Virus record (IMG/VR): IMGVR_UViG_3300020020_000018
Location: 1-20,925 of that record
Origin: a virus
DNA length: 20,925 bases
Strand: one strand, 5' to 3'
Shown: piece by piece, positions 14,533 to 20,925 of the stretch
Layout: the number at the start of each line of letters is the position of its first letter
How positions within the stretch are numbered: position 1 is the first letter of the stretch
Notes under the pieces: generated by a model
Seen by the model: the letters and a program-made list of their open reading frames with translations, nothing else
Database searches by the model: none
What the model was told of the DNA's origin: nothing
Made by a program: the position numbers and the translations under genes

Positions 14533-15480
14533 TCACCGGGTGCGCCTTGCCCTGGCGGCGCTCTGGATGGTCCTGACAGCCTCAGCGCGCGACAGCCCTA
14601 TCTGGATGGCCGCGTTCTCCAACGCGCCGGGGTCCAGGCCTTTCTCATGGGCTCTGGACGCTGCCCAGAACAGTGAGTGGTTACGCTCACCCTCCTGGGC
14701 GGCCAGCACGAACCGGACTAGCCCGTCCAGGTCCTTACCGTCACCCCGGCCCTGGTAGTCGGGGGTCCGCGGCCGCTGATCCTCTGGCAGCAGCAGCGCG
14801 AGGGCCCCGTACCAGTCGAACGTGGCACCGAGACGCCCACCCTGGGTGAACTCCCAGTGATACATGAGGCCGCTCGCCAGGACCGATGGGGCACCCACGA
14901 TGTAGCCGCCGCGGCCGCGGAAGTCCAGGCCCGTCCTGGCTGAGGCGTGGTTGCCGTCTCCTCCAGCTGCAAACAGGATGTGTTTGCCGCCGCTGGGGGT
15001 GGCCTGTGAGGCCCAGCCGCCGCTGAGGTAGCCCTGTCGGGTGATGGTGTCCAGCGATGACTCTCCGGCCTTGCCGTCTTTTGTGTCGACGTCGAGCGCA
15101 TCGAACACGTGACCTGTGGCCAGCCCTATGTTGAACTCTGGCCGGACTTTCCACCAGCCGCGCACCGTGGCCAGGTCTGTGCTGGCGTCCAGGACCCCGT
15201 TGCTGGTGGCTGGCAGCTTGGTCTGGGCCTGGAGTGGGTGCACGGGCACGCCGGCGATGGCGTACGCAGCGGCCGCCTCCATCAGTGACAGGCTGTTGGT
15301 CTCGATCAGCCTTGACAGCGTGATGGTTCGGGCCCGGTGCTGGATCGAGTAGTGGCAGGCCGCGCCGAACGTGCCGCCGGGGCCAGCCGGTTCCTTGACA
15401 CAGCGTGGGCAGCGGCCCTCCGGGATACCAGAGTCAGGGTGGGGGTCCGGGTCGAAATGCTCGGGTGCTAGCTCATTCAT
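14533..15480 (-). CDS. Bifunctional DNA primase/polymerase (prim-pol) with a PriCT-like C-terminus.
   Basis: VPVHPL...NGVLDAS, catalytic-type FDALDVDTKDG, SGGKHILF, and a C-terminal RNHSLFWAASRAHEKGLD...LSRAEAVRTIQSA. Confidence 0.85.
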   Translation of the reverse strand: MNELAPEHFDPDPHPDSGIPEGRCPRCVKEPAGPGGTFGAACHYSIQHRARTITLSRLIETNSLSLMEAAAAYAIAGVPVHPLQAQTKLPATSNGVLDASTDLATVRGWWKVRPEFNIGLATGHVFDALDVDTKDGKAGESSLDTITRQGYLSGGWASQATPSGGKHILFAAGGDGNHASARTGLDFRGRGGYIVGAPSVLASGLMYHWEFTQGGRLGATFDWYGALALLLPEDQRPRTPDYQGRGDGKDLDGLVRFVLAAQEGERNHSLFWAASRAHEKGLDPGALENAAIQIGLSRAEAVRTIQSAARARRTR

Positions 15481-15647
15481 GTGGGGACCTTCACTCTCGC
15501 GATGTGGTCAGCCCCGGTGGTGTGGCACTCGGAGCGCGGGGTGTAGACGCCTGGCAGGTCCGCGATGAACCGGACCCAGCGGTTCTGGCTGTCTTTGATG
15601 ATCATGTGGCCACAGTTTGAGCACCGTGGTACACCGCCGCTCACCAT
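15477..15647 (-). CDS. Small Cys/His protein (56 aa, zinc-ribbon-like). It is below the ORF-track size cutoff.
   Basis: My own translation: MVSGGVPRCSNCGHMIIKDSQNRWVRFIADLPGVYTPRSECHTTGADHIARVKVPT. SD GGGAGGG lies about 8 nt upstream. The stop overlaps the prim-pol ATG (ATGA at 15477-15480). Confidence 0.55.
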   Translation of the reverse strand: MVSGGVPRCSNCGHMIIKDSQNRWVRFIADLPGVYTPRSECHTTGADHIARVKVPT

Positions 15648-15651
15648 GGGG

Positions 15652-15843
15652 TCAGCCCTCCCGCTTGAGCACGATCAGGCCGGACTCACACAGGTCCAGC
15701 AGGGCATGCCCCACCCCCAACAGGGCACGAGCCTGGGCCCGCGCGAGGTCCTCAGGCGTGTGGTCGCCGTTATCCAGCAACCACTCCGCTGACTCCAGCT
15801 GCTCCCTGGCGTTGCGTGTGTCGCTGGTTACGAACTCACCCAT
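15652..15843 (-). CDS. Hypothetical acidic helical protein (63 aa).
   Basis: ATG start overlapping the upstream gene by 8 nt. No recognised motif. Confidence 0.5.
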   Translation of the reverse strand: MGEFVTSDTRNAREQLESAEWLLDNGDHTPEDLARAQARALLGVGHALLDLCESGLIVLKREG

Positions 15844-16273
15844 GGGGGTCCTCCAGGTGCGGCGCAGCGTTGATCACCCTGAGTAGGGCCTTGGTTTGGC
15901 GGGCGGCCAGCTCGGCCAGGAATGCTGTGTCTGACAGCTCCTCCAGCAGCCCCCGTAGACACTCCAGGATGGCGGCCACGTGGATCTGGGCCGCCCGGTT
16001 GCCTTGGGTGTGAATCTCCAGCGCCTTGGTTCGGACTGAGATGGCGCGGAGTTGAGCAAAGACATGCTCAGCTGGTAACGCTATGCTGGCGACGGCCGCA
16101 GCCCCGTGATGGGCCATAGTGCCGTTCAGGCCCCCAGTGTGGACCCCAGCATCGCTAACTGGGCCCGCTGGGGGCCCTTCATCTTTTGCCACTTTCGCGT
16201 GGTCCTTCCTGTTCAGCGCGCGGCAGGTCCGCGCGTCACAGCGAAGCCAGGGAACGGCAAAGCCGCTGACCAT
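15836..16273 (-). CDS. Hypothetical early protein. Start uncertain (145 aa maximum).
   Basis: The C-terminal 90 aa are helical. An alternative GTG at 16192 is preceded by AGGAAGGA 10 nt upstream. Another alternative is the ATG at residue 53. Confidence 0.45.
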   Translation of the reverse strand: MVSGFAVPWLRCDARTCRALNRKDHAKVAKDEGPPAGPVSDAGVHTGGLNGTMAHHGAAAVASIALPAEHVFAQLRAISVRTKALEIHTQGNRAAQIHVAAILECLRGLLEELSDTAFLAELAARQTKALLRVINAAPHLEDPHG

Positions 16274-16370
16274 GATCAGCTTGTGTCAAGTGCGCCCACA
16301 GGTTTGGGCTTATTCCCAGCATCGCTGGGGGCTACCTTAGCGGATAGCCGCCCAGCGTGCGGCGTGTCGT

Positions 16371-17564
16371 TCAGATTTTTGGCGTGTCGACCAGGGGCTG
16401 GGTGATCGCGACAGAGGCGCGGACCAGGTTGTGGTCAGAGGCGTGGGGCACATATTCAGGCTGCCCAGTGATCACCAGGGTGCCTGTGTACGGGTCAGCC
16501 ACCTTGCTGGTCAGAACGTCGTCAATCCAGATTCCGTCACGCTTGGTGGCGGTCCAGCCGTTGCGGCTGTTCCGGCTGTCGCCTTCCATTTCAGCGTCTG
16601 TGAGCCGGGAGCGGAGGTCACGGTAGCCAGCAGCGGCGAGGACCTGGCGTACAGGATCGAGCACGCCGCTGGGGCCCTGGGCACTGTTGAAGTCACCCAT
16701 GATCAGCACACGCTGATTGTCGGGCAGGGCCGAGAGGACTAGCGCGATCTCTTTTGCCTGGGCCAGTCTCAGCGCGGCCTCACCCGGCATGTTGACGGCC
16801 AGGTGGGTGGAGATGAACCAGGCGTCACCACCAGTGGCCACAGACTGGAGCCGGACACACGTCAGCGGCCGCGTCGACGGGAACCCTGGCAGTGCCGTGC
16901 TCTTGAGCTTGAACTCACGGTGATCAATAGCCACCCACTTGTCAGCCCGCCAGATGATTTTGGATGTGCCCGAGCCCCAGAAATTCCAGTTAGGGCCGAG
17001 CCCGTGGGTGAGGTCAGCGGCCAGCGCAGCATTGCACTCTTGGACACCCAGCACGCTGGGGGCCACATCGTTGATCACCCGGACCAGCTGGGGGAGCCGC
17101 CTGGACCACAGCCGCTCGGGGTGGAGCAAGTCGTCAGCTGACTTGTGGCGAATGTTGAACGACGCCGCTCGGACCTTGGTGGTGGTGACGGCTGGGGGCA
17201 CGATCGGGGCCTCTGTTCCGTAGCTGATATGGATATGGTCGTTGTGTGGGTCGCTGCCGTTATAGGTGCGGACTCCCTCAGCGGCCCGGGCCACGGACCA
17301 GATGCGGCGCCTGGTGATGATGTACGTGGCTCCCAGACGCTTAGCGTTGAGCTTGAACCAGGCCAGCATCTCGTCGTGGTGCGCTGCGCTGTTGTCGTAC
17401 AGCCAGAAGTCAGCCGCCAGGTCCCCAGACATGTCGTGTCCCGGGTCGCCGTCCGCGTGGCCCCGGTACGTACCTATCTGGGTGTTGAACCGAAGCGCTA
17501 TCTCCTCATTTGCCTTGACCACCCAGGACGGCCACGGCCGATAGTTGTCGATGTACAGTCCCAT
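16371..17564 (-). CDS. Endolysin candidate: N-terminal Zn-peptidase-like domain fused to an endonuclease/exonuclease/phosphatase (EEP) domain.
   Basis: It lies directly downstream of the holin (stop 17567, ATG 17564). N-terminus: GHADGD..GHDMSGDLAADFW...PHNDHIHISYG, LAS/M15-like and tentative. C-terminus has ordered EEP motifs: SFNIR, GVQECN, ISTHL, IMGDFN, WIDDV, ASDHNLV. Confidence 0.75.
   Translation of the reverse strand: MGLYIDNYRPWPSWVVKANEEIALRFNTQIGTYRGHADGDPGHDMSGDLAADFWLYDNSAAHHDEMLAWFKLNAKRLGATYIITRRRIWSVARAAEGVRTYNGSDPHNDHIHISYGTEAPIVPPAVTTTKVRAASFNIRHKSADDLLHPERLWSRRLPQLVRVINDVAPSVLGVQECNAALAADLTHGLGPNWNFWGSGTSKIIWRADKWVAIDHREFKLKSTALPGFPSTRPLTCVRLQSVATGGDAWFISTHLAVNMPGEAALRLAQAKEIALVLSALPDNQRVLIMGDFNSAQGPSGVLDPVRQVLAAAGYRDLRSRLTDAEMEGDSRNSRNGWTATKRDGIWIDDVLTSKVADPYTGTLVITGQPEYVPHASDHNLVRASVAITQPLVDTPKI
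17480..17509. repeat. 30-bp perfect direct repeat, copy 2 (inside the endolysin gene).
   Basis: Identical to 12458-12487. It encodes EEIALRFNT (endolysin residues 20-28) in the same reading frame. Confidence 0.95.
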
Positions 17565-17566
17565 GA

Positions 17567-17947
17567 TCAGTTACCTGCCTCTCTGTTGATCGCGGCCGCG
17601 ATGGCGCGGGTGACCGCTTCCTCTATGCGGAGGTCCAGGTCACCATTGAGACCATTGGCGGCCACCTTGGCTGCGGTGGCCGCCGTGTCCGCTTTGCCTG
17701 CCGCGTCTGCCACCTGGTGGCTTATGTGCTGGTTCTCTTCGCTGGATTTCTTAGTGCGGAACCAGAGCACCAGGGCCGCGCCCAGGGTGATTAGCGATGG
17801 AATCAGCGGACGGATGTAGACCTCAGCCTGGTCTGGATACCGGGTGATCAGATAGACCAGCATCAGCCCAGACGCGAGAAAACAGATGGTGGCACATATC
17901 AGGGCCACTGGCCCCACCGTGTGGCCTGACTTGGTTTGCAACGGCAC
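17567..17947 (-). CDS. Holin candidate (2 TM helices, 126 aa).
   Basis: I prefer the GTG at 17947, which has SD AGGAGA 5 nt upstream and avoids overlapping the HNH gene. TM segments are VGPVALICATICFLASGLMLVYLI and LIPSLITLGAALVLWF, followed by a charged C-terminal tail. It lies immediately upstream of the endolysin. Confidence 0.6.
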   Translation of the reverse strand: MPLQTKSGHTVGPVALICATICFLASGLMLVYLITRYPDQAEVYIRPLIPSLITLGAALVLWFRTKKSSEENQHISHQVADAAGKADTAATAAKVAANGLNGDLDLRIEEAVTRAIAAAINREAGN

Positions 17948-17964
17948 GAGATTCTCCTGACTAA

Positions 17965-18225
17965 TCACCACGCCCCCCGGGGCTCTGGATCGGATCGCTT
18001 CGCGGACTGGTTGCAAGGTCCACAGGACGCTCTGAGGTTATCTGGGTGATCGGTCCCACCCTGGGATTTCAGCACGATGTGATCACACTGGCTGGCGACT
18101 GTGAGGCACCGCGGGCCCCGTATCTGACAGCGGTACTGGTCCCGCTCGAGTACTAGGCGGCGCACTTTCTTCCACGCCGTGGTGGAGCCGCCGGCCCACG
18201 CCTTAGACATGGTGACGCTCAGCAC
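17965..18225 (-). CDS. HNH endonuclease.
   Basis: RCQIRGPRC...CDHIVLKSQGGTDHPDNLRASCGPCN. The likely start is the ATG at 18210 (MSKAWAGG...). Confidence 0.85.
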   Translation of the reverse strand: MLSVTMSKAWAGGSTTAWKKVRRLVLERDQYRCQIRGPRCLTVASQCDHIVLKSQGGTDHPDNLRASCGPCNQSAKRSDPEPRGAW

Positions 18226-18421
18226 ATCGGCTGATCAGCGGCGCGCGGCCGTACGGCTCTCCGCAGTCGGCGCACACATCGGAGCCGGCGAACAGGACCG
18301 GCCTGCCCTGGGCGTCACAGGGCTGGTCGGGTTTAGCCAGCATGGCCTGCGCGGCCCGGTATTCGTCCGTGGTTGAGCGGCGCTTACCGGACGCGATCGC
18401 GCGAGCGTCGATCAGGTCCAC
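18203..18421 (-). CDS. Small Cys-containing ORF (72 aa). Coding status uncertain.
   Basis: GTG start without a clear SD. It has four Cys (C-x14-C-x2-C-x12-C). It fills the gap between the tail gene and the HNH gene. Confidence 0.35.
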   Translation of the reverse strand: MDLIDARAIASGKRRSTTDEYRAAQAMLAKPDQPCDAQGRPVLFAGSDVCADCGEPYGRAPLISRCAERHHV

Positions 18422-18424
18422 GGG

Positions 18425-18997
18425 TCAGGCCGCGCGGTAATGGAGGTTGGCTGTGAACACGTCGTTAACGGCCAGGACGGTGGGGTCCGTGGAGTCAACA
18501 CGGCGGATGGACTGGAAGGGAGTCCCGGCCGCTGGCGCTGATCCGAAGCTGATCCTTAGGCCACCGGGGTCGTTCTGTACGACCGGGCCACCGAAGTGAG
18601 AGACGGGCGCCGTGGAGTCATCGCGGATGGCCCAGGTCCCTAACACTGTCGTGATGGCCTCTGTCCCACTGCCCCACACGTACGCGGGCACCGGCAGAAT
18701 CAGCGTGAACAGGCCAGCCTGGACAGATGGTGCGGTGCCGAGCCTGATACGGAACTGGGCGTCGACCATCTTTCCGTTGTCTTTGCGCCAGAAACCTTCA
18801 TTTAGGCCGCCAGCACCCACGCTGAGGATGCCGCCGTCAGATGGCGTGTTCCAGATAGGTGTCCAGCTGTTCCAGGCCCGCTCTGCGGTGCGCGCGGCCT
18901 GGATGCTGGCGGCCATCTCCGCGAAAGCATCCCACCAGTTGTTCATGGGGTAGTTGCTGTCCGGGTATGAGATGCCGTCTGGTGATGTGGTGCCCAT
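18425..18997 (-). CDS. Minor tail protein / receptor-binding candidate (190 aa).
   Basis: I prefer the ATG at 18997 (TGATG coupling with the upstream stop, SD AAGGA) over the TTG at 19015. The N-terminal GISYPDSN motif resembles actinophage tail-fibre N-termini as I recall them. Confidence 0.55.
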   Translation of the reverse strand: MGTTSPDGISYPDSNYPMNNWWDAFAEMAASIQAARTAERAWNSWTPIWNTPSDGGILSVGAGGLNEGFWRKDNGKMVDAQFRIRLGTAPSVQAGLFTLILPVPAYVWGSGTEAITTVLGTWAIRDDSTAPVSHFGGPVVQNDPGGLRISFGSAPAAGTPFQSIRRVDSTDPTVLAVNDVFTANLHYRAA

Positions 18998-19767
18998 CAG
19001 CTGATCCTTTGCCAATCGAGAATGAGTGCCATCGAACTGGAGTATTTTGAGCGGCCAGCCAGTCTGACGTGGGGCTGGCTATCGTCAGCCACCCAGATGG
19101 ACAGGCCCCCGCAGACGCCGTCCACCAGGTCCTGGCCAAACTGGGTCGGCATGGTGAACGTGTCTGTTTCGTTCACGCTCAGGTTAGGGCCGAGCATGCC
19201 TGAGCCGGTGCGTGTGGGGGCTCCGGCTGGCCGTGTCGTCTCACTCACGCGGTAGAACTCTGGTCGGCGTGCGCTGGAGTCGCCACCGGCTACGCGCTTG
19301 AGCTTGACGCGGCAGAGCGTCACCACCGCACCAGCCAGTGAGCGTGGGGCTGAGCCGTAGAACGCACAGCCGGTGTAAAGCATGGCGTCCCACTCACTCT
19401 GGAGTAGGTCGTCAGTGTCAAACCTCCACTTATCGTCACCCGGGCCAGCCTTATAGGACCTGGTCTCAACGGGGAACAGGGTGAGCTGGCCGGTGCGTGA
19501 GAAACCCTCAGGCTGTGGCGGGTAGTCGATGTCTGGTGGTGCGCTGGGTGCGCTGGCGTGCATCCTGGCAAGGATCAGGATTTCCCCACCCACTCTGACG
19601 CCTGCCACGATGTCACCGGCCGCTGTGGTGAGCCCCCGAGCGGCGCGACAGGTGACCACGGCCCCCATGATCTTGACGCTGACTGTACTGGTGCCGCTGA
19701 CTGTGCCCTGGGCTATGCCCTTGACCACGCCCGTGGATGGTGCGACTCTCAGCCCTGACCATTTCAC
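18997..19767 (-). CDS. Minor tail protein (256 aa).
   Basis: The GTG start overlaps the upstream stop (GTGA at 19764-19767). Assigned by position in the tail block. Confidence 0.5.
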   Translation of the reverse strand: MKWSGLRVAPSTGVVKGIAQGTVSGTSTVSVKIMGAVVTCRAARGLTTAAGDIVAGVRVGGEILILARMHASAPSAPPDIDYPPQPEGFSRTGQLTLFPVETRSYKAGPGDDKWRFDTDDLLQSEWDAMLYTGCAFYGSAPRSLAGAVVTLCRVKLKRVAGGDSSARRPEFYRVSETTRPAGAPTRTGSGMLGPNLSVNETDTFTMPTQFGQDLVDGVCGGLSIWVADDSQPHVRLAGRSKYSSSMALILDWQRIS

Positions 19768-20888
19768 GATCCCACCAGCCTCACCGTGAGGGCCTCAGCG
19801 CCGCCACCAGCCTGGTGGGGCAGCGTGTAGCCGGTGACCCGGCCCAGGGCACCAGCCAGCTGGAGACGGGCACTGGTGACCGCCACAGCATCGCCCAGCC
19901 TCAGGGCTGGGTGGGGCAGTATCTCGATCGATACTGACCGATTGTTATCGGCCCTCAGGTTCCGTTTCCTGGTCGCGGCCGCCGCCGCCACCATGGCCTG
20001 GGTGGTCATCAGCGGAGACTCGTACCCCACGGGAACCAGGTAGGGGCTGAACGGGCCGCCGTACCGGTAGGGGCTGGTCAGGTCTGTGTCATAGCTGGTG
20101 GCCACAATCTCCTGGCCTGCCAGGCCGCCAGCGGTGTCCGGGTACGAGCCGCGGGCCACCACAGCATTGAACTGGCCGTCTCGGGTAAGGCCAGTGGTGA
20201 ACCGCTGAGCGTTCAGCTTGTCGGAGACAGCCAGGTCCGCGCTGGTGGGGTCGTCTGGCACGGGCGTGACTCTCAGGACGCCGTCGACGGTAACCTCAGC
20301 CTGAGCTGGCCAAGCGTCCAGGACGGCCGCCACGTCATCCAGCCGGTTGTCTGACCAGCTGGTCCCAGCGGGCACGGTGCGATCAGCTGGTGCGGCTGTG
20401 AGGTCCACCGTGAGCCCTGGCTCGACCAGAGCTCTGATCACTGATCCCATGGTCGCGCCAGCCTTGGGCTGGTATTCCGCGACCAGCTCAGCCTCATTCA
20501 CCAGGTACAGCAGGCCAGCACACTGAACACTGACCGTGTCGCCGGAGTCGTCTGGGTCGACGCTGTGGATCAGGAATTGGCCACGGGTCAACCACTCGAC
20601 TTCCTCACCCACCAGTGAGACGCCCACCTGGGCCACGATCCGCTGGCCCCAGATGCCCAGCGGATGGTCATAGGAACTGGGCACCCAGGAGACGCCACGG
20701 TCCAGGATCGGAACACGAAAGGTCAGCTGCTCGGGGACCCTCAGGCTGGCGTCACCTTCCTCCACCACGTCCACGCCTGGAATGTCGTCAGCCAGCAGCT
20801 CACCCGAGCGCACCGATAGCAGCCGGTTGTGGACCTTGTAACTGTGGCCGGAGAGTATCTCGGCCAGCTGGCTGGTGATCGTGATCAT
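19764..20888 (-). CDS. Minor tail protein (Tal / baseplate-hub-like by position, 374 aa).
   Basis: The ATG at 20888 corresponds to position 90 of the circle, 2 nt after the stop of the 93..929 gene. It follows the Dit-like gene. Confidence 0.55.
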   Translation of the reverse strand: MITITSQLAEILSGHSYKVHNRLLSVRSGELLADDIPGVDVVEEGDASLRVPEQLTFRVPILDRGVSWVPSSYDHPLGIWGQRIVAQVGVSLVGEEVEWLTRGQFLIHSVDPDDSGDTVSVQCAGLLYLVNEAELVAEYQPKAGATMGSVIRALVEPGLTVDLTAAPADRTVPAGTSWSDNRLDDVAAVLDAWPAQAEVTVDGVLRVTPVPDDPTSADLAVSDKLNAQRFTTGLTRDGQFNAVVARGSYPDTAGGLAGQEIVATSYDTDLTSPYRYGGPFSPYLVPVGYESPLMTTQAMVAAAAATRKRNLRADNNRSVSIEILPHPALRLGDAVAVTSARLQLAGALGRVTGYTLPHQAGGGAEALTVRLVGS

Positions 20889-20925
20889 GGTCAGGACCAG
20901 TCAGCTACGGCGGCCGCCAGCATGG
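20799..20925. repeat. Terminal overlap, copy B (identical to 1-127).
   Basis: Same comparison as copy A. The 127-nt length is what an assembler k-mer overlap would leave, but that origin is inference. Confidence 0.95.

Noticed and set aside
16284-16289. A TTGACA hexamer on the minus strand downstream of the endolysin, considered as the -35 of an early promoter.
   Set aside because: No acceptable -10 (TANNNT) lies 16-19 nt downstream. A single hexamer is not sufficient evidence.
16145-16326. The 12-mer CCCAGCATCGCT occurs twice (16145-16156 and 16315-16326), each able to form a small hairpin.
   Set aside because: Several repeated 12-mers are expected by chance in a genome of this size and GC bias. 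The stems are only 5-6 bp and have no U-tract.

Overview
The window is a complete, circularly closed phage genome. Bases 1-127 are identical to 20799-20925, so the unique unit is 20,798 bp. It is high-GC and looks like a small siphovirus of an actinobacterial host; the host call is inference from composition and protein types. Every credible gene lies on the minus strand. Genes are tightly packed, and many stop/start junctions overlap (TGATG, ATGA, GTGA), which suggests translational coupling.

Gene order along the minus strand:
- Large terminase.
- One 1004-codon ORF joining portal, prohead protease and major capsid protein.
- A small acidic protein.
- A head-tail adaptor carrying an inserted LamG-like domain.
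- Neck and tail-tube genes, a 2-TM membrane protein and chaperone-like ORFs.
- Tape measure protein, then five minor tail proteins that span the contig junction.
- A Cys-rich small ORF and an HNH endonuclease.
- Holin and an endolysin (Zn-peptidase-like domain plus EEP phosphodiesterase domain).
- Small early ORFs, prim-pol, and an AAA_25/RepA-like helicase.
- An Ltp-like superinfection-exclusion candidate and a tail-anchored membrane protein.
- A 443-bp noncoding region immediately upstream of the terminase gene.

That noncoding region holds terminator-like hairpins, a cluster of GTGGACAGATG repeats (the reverse complement resembles an actinobacterial DnaA box) and an AT-richer patch.

I found no integrase, repressor, small terminase, tRNA or CRISPR array.

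Most notable observations:
- The portal-protease-capsid polyprotein ORF has a strong internal in-frame start for the capsid part.
- The endolysin carries an EEP domain.
- The repeat cluster may be a replication origin or a packaging site.
- A perfect 30-bp in-frame repeat is shared by two unrelated genes.
- The adaptor protein carries a LamG insertion.

All functional calls come from reading motifs by eye. None has been checked against a database.
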